A stretch of 64,000 nt of DNA from IMG/VR virus record IMGVR_UViG_3300013102_000002, positions 32,001 to 96,000 of that record, one strand, 5' to 3'. Under the pieces are notes generated by a model. That model saw nothing but the letters and a program-made list of their open reading frames with translations, was not told where the DNA came from and searched no databases. Made by a program: the position numbers and the translations under genes. This document shows, in pieces, positions 57,673 to 64,000 of this stretch (the stretch's first letter is position 1; each line of letters begins with the position of its first letter). The stretch comes from a virus.

Positions 57673-57715
57673 TGAAAGTCTGAGTTTATCAAAAATATAA
57701 AGGACGGTAGATAAA

Positions 57716-58048
57716 ATGAAAATTAATGAAGAATTACTAAAAGAAAAAGGATATAACGCTTATACTGCTGGATTCCGAATCGACAACCCGGCCTATGTGC
57801 AATCATGGCAAAAAACGTTTTATGATACAAATAATAAATATTATATTGATATCGATCAATTTGATTTTGCTAAAGTTCCACAATATAAAATCCCCTATGA
57901 TAAAGCGTTTGGTGCTCATGCTCAATTTATCACTGAAGAAGACGAAACATTTAATATTGAATATTTTATTGAGAAAGATACTGAGTTGATTGACATAGAA
58001 CTATTTTTCAAAAAAGTATACGAAAAGATGGATTGTAAATCTGAGTGA
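57716..58048 (+). CDS. Hypothetical protein
   Basis: 110 aa. Confidence 0.75.
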   Translation: MKINEELLKEKGYNAYTAGFRIDNPAYVQSWQKTFYDTNNKYYIDIDQFDFAKVPQYKIPYDKAFGAHAQFITEEDETFNIEYFIEKDTELIDIELFFKKVYEKMDCKSE

Positions 58049-58352
58049 TGAATATATAAAAGGAGGTACTAGTGTTATGCAAACAGCAATACGTTGTCGA
58101 GATGATCAAGGAAATATTATCATGAGTATGCGCGAAGAAAAAATCAAAACTTTGCCCGATATAATTGCAGATATTGAAAAAGCAATAATTATTGTAGGAG
58201 TAATCTTTATAGCTGTTGTAACTGCTGTAGCGGTACTATTATAAATAAAAATACAAATACATATCACAATTATGGGAATACACATCAAGAAAATAGCCGA
58301 TGTGTATTTTTCTTTGTGGTAAAACAAATCAAAAGGAGCTGCAAGCCTCTAT

Positions 58353-58535
58353 ATGTCATCATATGACCGTTATCTAATTGAAGCAGAACATTCGTCGCAT
58401 CCATTTGAAACTGGCCTTATATCGTCTTTTACGGTGGCTAACAAGGTGTATAAACGTTGGCAAAGTGATCCGTGGGTTAGTAATGTACGATTGATGAAAT
58501 GCACTAACCAGGGGAGAGTACATATAGAAATATAG
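58353..58535 (+). CDS. Hypothetical protein
   Basis: 60 aa, GGGAG RBS. Confidence 0.5.
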   Translation: MSSYDRYLIEAEHSSHPFETGLISSFTVANKVYKRWQSDPWVSNVRLMKCTNQGRVHIEI

Positions 58536-58640
58536 AAATAATGAATAGATTTAATAAATAAATATATATTGACTGTTGTTGTTTTGCGTGATAAGATAAT
58601 TACAGATAATAAACATACATACATGAGGTGAAATGGATTA

Positions 58641-58790
58641 ATGTACGAAGTAAAAATCATTGAAAAGATATTTGGAAAGTTAGCAGTAAACGTGTACAGC
58701 TTTGAAAAAGAAGGAGATATGGAACTGTTCATTGAAATGTGTAAGGATGATAGGGGGATTATTTTGATCCATAAAGCGAGAGCTGCTTAA
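58641..58790 (+). CDS. Small hypothetical protein
   Basis: 49 aa after a conserved promoter, GAGGTG RBS. Confidence 0.55.
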   Translation: MYEVKIIEKIFGKLAVNVYSFEKEGDMELFIEMCKDDRGIILIHKARAA

Positions 58791-58839
58791 AGAAAAGCTG
58801 ACGAAATTATGTTTTTATCAAAAAGGAGAGAGGTAAACA

Positions 58840-59184
58840 ATGCAAGTTGGAGATAAAGTTTTCTTGAAAGCAGTAAACAATAATGCGCGAGGTCGTAAAG
58901 AAGTACTGATTAAAGAATATGAAATTGTTAAGATCGGAAGAAAATTCTTTGAGGTTAATAATAACCCCAATTACAAACCATTAAAATTTTTAATTGAGAA
59001 TAAGAAGCAGGAAATGGGCGGCTATGTTCCAGACTGGGAATTGTACTTTTCTGAACAAGAAATTTTAGATGAAATAGAATTCAATAGATTATTCGGGAAA
59101 ATCGAAAGCAGATTTAATGTATATGGGAAAGTGAATTTAACTTTAGACCAACTTAGACGAATTATAAAGATTATTGAAGAGTAA
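58840..59184 (+). CDS. Beta-barrel-type small phage protein (cassette-like)
   Basis: MQVGDKVFL...IVKIGRKFFEV; bracketed by sites 58799 and 59183. Confidence 0.75.
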   Translation: MQVGDKVFLKAVNNNARGRKEVLIKEYEIVKIGRKFFEVNNNPNYKPLKFLIENKKQEMGGYVPDWELYFSEQEILDEIEFNRLFGKIESRFNVYGKVNLTLDQLRRIIKIIEE

Positions 59185-59215
59185 ACGAAACTATATTTTC
59201 ATGTGAAAAAGGAGA

Positions 59216-59404
59216 ATGAGAGTGAAGAAGATTATCGAATATACTAACGTTACCTATCATTATGATACAAGAGAAGAAAGAGATAAGCACGTTGTTGAAA
59301 TGGAGTCTGAAGGTTGGGAGTGTAGCGGACAGATTAGGGAAACTCCATCACTTCATTCATCGGAATCTGTGTGGTGCGGTAAATTCACAAAATACAATGT
59401 TTGA
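59216..59404 (+). CDS. Hypothetical protein (cassette-like)
   Basis: Bracketed by sites 59183 and 59403. Confidence 0.7.
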   Translation: MRVKKIIEYTNVTYHYDTREERDKHVVEMESEGWECSGQIRETPSLHSSESVWCGKFTKYNV

Positions 59405-59437
59405 GTAAAATGATCCTTTCAAAAGGAGTTAAATAGT

Positions 59438-59629
59438 ATGAATCCCAAAAACATGATCGGCAAAAAAGTATCAATCATCAACAAAGAATCTCAATACATA
59501 GGACATTGGGGATTTATAAAACAATGGGATGGAAGATGGTTTCATATTGGAGGAGGTTCCATATCAAGAGATTATGGTGGGATTACACCAGTATTTGAAA
59601 GAGATGAATTTAAAATCATGAGTAAATGA
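59438..59629 (+). CDS. Small SH3/KOW-like protein (paralog of 53134..53331)
   Basis: Shared motifs; AAGGAG RBS. Confidence 0.75.
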   Translation: MNPKNMIGKKVSIINKESQYIGHWGFIKQWDGRWFHIGGGSISRDYGGITPVFERDEFKIMSK

Positions 59630-59658
59630 ATATTATAACAAAAAAAGGAGATTGGAAG

Positions 59659-59823
59659 ATGAGTCGAATTAAAGGTTTTACCTTAACCTGCAATGAGTGC
59701 GGAAACACCGTTGTACTGCAAGACAAATTCGATAGATGTACTGAGAACATCTTCATTAATACGTGGATGTCTTGCGATATTAAATGTGAAAACTGTGAAA
59801 ATCAAGTTGAAGAAAAAGCATGA
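59659..59823 (+). CDS. Small Zn-ribbon protein
   Basis: CNECG...CENCE; AAGGAG RBS. Confidence 0.6.
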   Translation: MSRIKGFTLTCNECGNTVVLQDKFDRCTENIFINTWMSCDIKCENCENQVEEKA

Positions 59824-59852
59824 GTTTATAAATAGATTATTTTATAAGGAGG

Positions 59853-60047
59853 TTGATTTATAAGATGTACCAACACAAAGTTACTTATATTGAAGGAGAC
59901 TATGAGGATAAGCTGTATGTTGGAGGTAAATATTGTGGTCGCGTGGATACATTTTCACCGTCAGAGATGCTTTGTTTGCTCGCAAGAGAAGGATTAATTG
60001 AGTTGCAAATTAAAACTGTGGAAGAAATCGATTTGTTGAATAGATGA
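59853..60047 (+). CDS. Hypothetical protein
   Basis: AAGGAGG RBS; stop TGA begins site 60045. Confidence 0.65.
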   Translation: MIYKMYQHKVTYIEGDYEDKLYVGGKYCGRVDTFSPSEMLCLLAREGLIELQIKTVEEIDLLNR

Positions 60048-60088
60048 TAAAAGGATTCTTTTATTAAAATAAAAATAAAAGGGAGTGT

Positions 60089-60460
60089 ATGAAATTTATG
60101 ACTAAATGGATTGGCAATGAAGTCAATACGAGTGGAAGTTATTACGAGGCAGGTTGTGAAGAACTAAAGAAGAGAAATGGCGGTACAAATAATGGAGGAA
60201 CTTTGTATGAGTTCAGTAGCAGATTTGACGAGAACTATTATATAAGCGATATCGATGTAATTGAAAAAATTGAAACATTGATTGATAAAAAAGAACCTTC
60301 AGAATTGATTGATTACTTATATAAATTGACCATTGATAAATTCGGCGCTGTTGATCTTTTAGTGAGAATCGGACATAAGATAGCACGACAGCGAGATGAA
60401 GGTTATAAAGCAGGTAAAGAAGCGGCTAGAAGCACCATGCGTGAAGCGCTTGGGTTATGA
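60089..60460 (+). CDS. Hypothetical protein (cassette-like)
   Basis: Bracketed by sites 60045 and 60455. Confidence 0.75.
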   Translation: MKFMTKWIGNEVNTSGSYYEAGCEELKKRNGGTNNGGTLYEFSSRFDENYYISDIDVIEKIETLIDKKEPSELIDYLYKLTIDKFGAVDLLVRIGHKIARQRDEGYKAGKEAARSTMREALGL

Positions 60461-60491
60461 AAGAAGTATTTCACAAGGAGACATTAGCATA

Positions 60492-60695
60492 ATGGATGAA
60501 AAAGTATATGTAGAGTTTGCCGAAGATTGCGGGAATTATGACAACGTTATCTATAATCTGAGAATTAAGAAGTGCGATTTACCACATATTGGTGACACTA
60601 TTGAGTTCTATCCAGAAATCAATGGCCGTAAAGTTGTCGATAGAAAAATTACATACTCTAAAGGTGAAATTGATAAAATCAGAATTTATCTATAG
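60492..60695 (+). CDS. Hypothetical protein (cassette-like)
   Basis: ATG after AAGGAG; bracketed by sites 60455 and 60699. Confidence 0.65.
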   Translation: MDEKVYVEFAEDCGNYDNVIYNLRIKKCDLPHIGDTIEFYPEINGRKVVDRKITYSKGEIDKIRIYL

Positions 60696-60732
60696 GGCTA
60701 ATGCAATAAGTCTTTTACAAGGAGTTGATTTA

Positions 60733-60930
60733 ATGACAGAAACAGAAGCAATTATGAGAAGAAAAGCTAGGAGAATTAAAAGAGCAAGTGAAATGGTCGA
60801 ATGGCTTCGTTATGATATTGAACGTACAGCAGTAAGTGAAGTTGAAAAACAAGGGTTATTAAATACAATCACTTTATTGAATAAAATTTTAAAGAATGAT
60901 GATAAAGAAGATTCCATATGGAATAGGTGA
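60733..60930 (+). CDS. Hypothetical protein (cassette-like)
   Basis: ATG after AAGGAG; bracketed by sites 60699 and 60928. Confidence 0.65.
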   Translation: MTETEAIMRRKARRIKRASEMVEWLRYDIERTAVSEVEKQGLLNTITLLNKILKNDDKEDSIWNR

Positions 60931-60981
60931 TGAAAGAGAAAGTTTATCAAGAATTTATTATAAAAAATAAATATACAAAGG

Positions 60982-61164
60982 ATGATACATATGAATACAT
61001 GGGATTTCATTGTTAACAATCAAGTTGTTGAAACCATTGACCAACAACAAAACAAGGAATCATTTTATTGGATTGTATTAGACAAGGTGTATTCACTCAC
61101 ACAGCACTATGGGGCTTCTGTGACCGTCTATAACCGTTACGGGAGTGAATACAGTTATGTATAA
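60982..61164 (+). CDS. Hypothetical protein
   Basis: 60 aa. Confidence 0.55.
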   Translation: MIHMNTWDFIVNNQVVETIDQQQNKESFYWIVLDKVYSLTQHYGASVTVYNRYGSEYSYV

Positions 61165-61274
61165 GAATGGACGAGTAAAGGACGGAAAGTGTGTTGTGGT
61201 GACTGTGGAAGGTGCGGAAATTGGTTTACTTGATGCTGCTAAAAAATATAGTCAAAATATTAAATAGCTGATGT

Positions 61275-61306
61275 GGCGGACATTATAAAATGTTCGCCAT
61301 TTTTTA
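61275..61306 (+). terminator. Rho-independent terminator
   Basis: TGGCGGACATT...AATGTTCGCCA followed by a T-run. Confidence 0.7.
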
Positions 61307-61657
61307 TTTAATAAGTAAATATATATTGAATAATGACTATGTATATGGTAAAATGAAGGAGACAAGAAGGATGTTATACATATGAAGGAGAATAGAATAT
61401 TGAGCGCTGATAATGCTAAAATGAGATCAATGATTGCTTTACAAATCCGGGATCTGGAAGCATTGAAGGATTCTGCCGTTGCCAAGTCATCACCTCAACG
61501 GTTAATGATGGTTGAGGCTGAGATTAAGGGATTGCATGTTAGAATGGAAAAGTATGCTTGATTTATGTTTTCGTAAAAGGTTGGTTTTATCAAGATATTT
61601 GGTTTAAAAAAGCCAATAAAATCAAGGGTTTTTAAAATGACAAGGAGGAGTAAAAAA

Positions 61658-62194
61658 ATGAAATGGAGCGATATACCGCAACTTATTCAAAGTAGTGGAT
61701 GGGAATGTGATTATTCTTTTCCTTCTTTTGTTCGGTTCATTGAGGAGAACGAACAAGATTTTGGGCTGCAAATGAATCCTGATTTTCAACGTGGTCATGT
61801 CTGGAGTGAAGAACAGCAAGTATCTTACATAGAGTTTTTACTGCATGGCGGTAAAACAGCTAGAGTAATTTATTTGAATAATAATCATTGGCAGAAGACG
61901 AAACCCCAAGGGGAACAATATTTTGTTTGTGTTGATGGACTGCAAAGGGCAACTGCGATCAGAAGATTTGTAAACAATGAAATTAAAGCAATAGATCATT
62001 ATTATAGTGAATTCGAAGGAAGCCCAAGAATTATGCAAGGAATCAAAGTGAATGTGAATGATCTTCAAACTAGAGCCGAGGTTTTACAATGGTATATTGA
62101 ATTTAACTCAGGTGGTACGGTACATACAAAAGAAGAAATAGAGCGTGTTCGTGAATTGCTAATAAAAGAAACTAAGTACAATGATCTACTTTAA
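61658..62194 (+). CDS. Stand-alone DUF262/ParB-like protein
   Basis: NPDFQRGHVWS...VDGLQRATAI; AGGAGG RBS. Confidence 0.8.
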   Translation: MKWSDIPQLIQSSGWECDYSFPSFVRFIEENEQDFGLQMNPDFQRGHVWSEEQQVSYIEFLLHGGKTARVIYLNNNHWQKTKPQGEQYFVCVDGLQRATAIRRFVNNEIKAIDHYYSEFEGSPRIMQGIKVNVNDLQTRAEVLQWYIEFNSGGTVHTKEEIERVRELLIKETKYNDLL

Positions 62195-62209
62195 AGGAGA
62201 GTACGAACG

Positions 62210-62437
62210 ATGCTTGTATTTTTTCTAATTTACTCCTATGTCACTGTAATGCTCTGTAAATATCTATATAGAGGGATAATGTCATATCATAGTGAAAGCA
62301 ATTTTATCTTGGCGCTTAAAGAAATGAGTGAGCGAAAATACTTGAGAATCGTATTTTCGGTGATTGGATTTTGTTTAACCGCTGGATGTCTAGTTTTTCT
62401 GCTTTGGTTGGCAGAAATTACAGATAATGCGTTTTGA
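62210..62437 (+). CDS. Small membrane protein
   Basis: Two hydrophobic segments. Confidence 0.65.
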   Translation: MLVFFLIYSYVTVMLCKYLYRGIMSYHSESNFILALKEMSERKYLRIVFSVIGFCLTAGCLVFLLWLAEITDNAF

Positions 62438-62503
62438 CATCTGATCAAAGGAATGTTTTATCGGATTACACATTAGACACATATAGTAAAGGAGAAAAGT
62501 AAA

Positions 62504-62707
62504 ATGACCTTTAAAATCCTTAAAGAACATAAGTATTTTCTTAGTATTGGAGCGAAACGTCCAGAAGGATTTACTGGAATCATGACATCCAGTGAGCATA
62601 TAGCAACATACAAAGGAAAAAATGAAGATGGAACTTTCATCTTTGATGAAAATGGTTCTGAGTTGTTGGTATGTCCAAGCGATATCAGAGGGATATCAAA
62701 TTTCTAA
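62504..62707 (+). CDS. Hypothetical protein
   Basis: 67 aa, AAGGAG RBS. Confidence 0.7.
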   Translation: MTFKILKEHKYFLSIGAKRPEGFTGIMTSSEHIATYKGKNEDGTFIFDENGSELLVCPSDIRGISNF

Positions 62708-62945
62708 GACTGCTGAACAGTCGAAGATATAACGACATATGAAAGGAATGGAGGGTCCTAAAATGCACAGCAATGTGAATGGTGTTAATGGATATCAAAT
62801 TCATCATTGGACGCTATTACATAACAGATAAAAAAGACAACGGTGTGTGGCTCTGCGAGGATAAGGATAGAAGTATTGTAGAGGAATATGCAAAAACATT
62901 GGAGTAGAATGAAAGGCATCTTTTATCAAGAAAGGAGGGTGAATA

Positions 62946-63167
62946 GTGAATCATAATACCGGATCAGTACTTAATGGCGATTATGTTAGGCTAGGAGACG
63001 TTTTAATGGGCGACAACATGATTAAAGCTGTTGTCCTATGGGATGATGTTAATAGAGCATATGGGGTTGAAATTGGACAACAGAGAGACACATGGTGTGA
63101 ACTTGAGCCATATCTGATTAAAGATGAAAGTCTAAAAGTTGTTGGCAATATTCTTAATAGAAATTGA
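62946..63167 (+). CDS. YopX-like small protein
   Basis: TG...NG..V..GDVL...LKVVGNI pattern of the YopX C-terminal half. Confidence 0.55.
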   Translation: MNHNTGSVLNGDYVRLGDVLMGDNMIKAVVLWDDVNRAYGVEIGQQRDTWCELEPYLIKDESLKVVGNILNRN

Positions 63168-63234
63168 CTACTAAGAGGACATTCTAAGAGAGTGAAATGA
63201 AAGCTCCATGCAGAAAGTATAGGAGGGATTTAAT

Positions 63235-63432
63235 ATGAGAGTCGAATATGTTAAAGATCGTTTCGATGATGAATTTACTCTTAATAAAAAATACGACTTT
63301 GATGTTAAATCGTATGGTATTGAGATTGTTGATGACCTGAACAATAAACATGTAATAGCCACGAGAAACAATGAGTTCAATAGTTATGAAGAAGACGATT
63401 TTTTTAGGCACAGATTCGAATTTTGTGATTAA
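63235..63432 (+). CDS. Hypothetical protein
   Basis: 65 aa, AGGAGG RBS, stop overlaps site 63432. Confidence 0.7.
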   Translation: MRVEYVKDRFDDEFTLNKKYDFDVKSYGIEIVDDLNNKHVIATRNNEFNSYEEDDFFRHRFEFCD

Positions 63433-64000
63433 GATAAAATGTAGTTTTGATCAAAAGATATACATACATTGAGAGAGAAAGGAAGAAGATAAATGATTGA
63501 GTTAAACAATCTTAATGTAACTAATATCGTTTATGATGAGGACTATGTTCTCATCATAAAAGGTAAAGAAATTGTACAAATTAGTCGAGTTTTATTGTCG
63601 CGAATCAATGTGATGTTATCAGATGAAAAGGAATAAATATTTCTTATGTTACGAAGTCACAGAACCAGAAAGAGAGTTATGAATAAATGCATCAGAAAAA
63701 AGTATGGAGCCTTGACATGAAGTACGAAGATACAAAGGGAGGATATAAGCGTGGACAGTAGACTTTGTGTTTGCAGAGAGTGTCAAAAGGCATTTCGGAG
63801 CACGTACAACGGCTATCTGTGCAGAAATTGCAGGTTGTCTAAAAGAGGACCTTTACCAAAATGATATTTAGAGGAGGATATTAAATGACACAAACAATTG
63901 TAGACTTTATGTATAATATGGATATTAACGATAATGGCAATATTCAAGCAGTCGTACAGATTAACTCAGAAACGGGGAGGTTTGAAATAACGGAGAAAGA

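Larger units (their letters stand above)
36932..61331 (+). promoter_or_regulatory. Dispersed early promoter/operator boxes (about 17 copies)
   Basis: TTAA(T/A)RARTAAATATAT then TTG(A/C)(C/A)A-like -35 and TGn-TAnAAT at about 36932, 38465, 39919, 40575, 42610, 43321, 44273, 45489, 46326 (variant), 46649, 52161, 52600, 53614, 54689, 57399, 58551, 61308. Confidence 0.85.
53496..63453. repeat. Array of 22-bp palindromic sites (tgATRAAA-N6-TTTyATca) at gene junctions
   Basis: Sites at 53497, 54066, 54276, 55026, 55261, 57474, 57670, 58799, 59183, 59403, 59810 (weak), 60045, 60455, 60699, 60928, 61571, 61614 (weak), 62442, 62907, 63432. Confidence 0.85.

Noticed and set aside
60671-60692. Extra palindromic sites at 60671, 45798, 11138, 63190
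   Set aside because: Arms too degenerate or core spacing off; could be chance in AT-rich DNA
53496-63453. CRISPR array or classical integron attC array
   Set aside because: The repeats are degenerate 22-bp palindromes separated by whole genes, with no cas genes; there are no RYYYAAC/GTTRRRY ends or long attC stems

Overview
AT-rich segment of a large SPbeta-like phage or prophage of a Bacillales-type host. The host is not determinable from the sequence and no att site is visible. (1) 1-30.7 kb, minus strand: late/morphogenesis arm in SPbeta yon/yom-like order: YonO-type single-subunit RNA polymerase, HU, PhoH, metallophosphoesterase, terminase, portal, scaffold/protease, capsid, head-tail proteins, tail tube, a YomM-like tyrosine recombinase, an accessory island (MazF/PemK-like toxin, lipoprotein, XRE protein, free-standing endonuclease) and the 5' part of the tape measure gene. 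That gene is split by three ORF-less group I introns (712-1077, 1273-1531, 1686-1961) whose removal restores one reading frame. (2) 31-35.3 kb, plus strand: tyrosine-recombinase-fold protein (MrpR/YopR-like candidate), RecD2 helicase and a possible replication protein. (3) 35.3-37 kb: non-coding region with a sharp G-rich to C-rich switch and a duplicated 12-mer (candidate genome end or origin). (4) 37-64 kb, plus strand: early/accessory region of many small genes plus a methyltransferase-SNF2 fusion. Two dispersed DNA motifs organise the window. One is a conserved promoter/operator box (TTAATRARTAAATATAT just upstream of a sigmaA -35, about 20 copies). The other is a 22-bp palindrome (tgATRAAA-N6-TTTyATca, about 24 copies) that sits at gene boundaries, brackets single small genes like cassettes and also brackets the YomM-like recombinase gene. 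This last arrangement is the best candidate for an undescribed system. All family assignments come from motif recognition by eye, not database searches.
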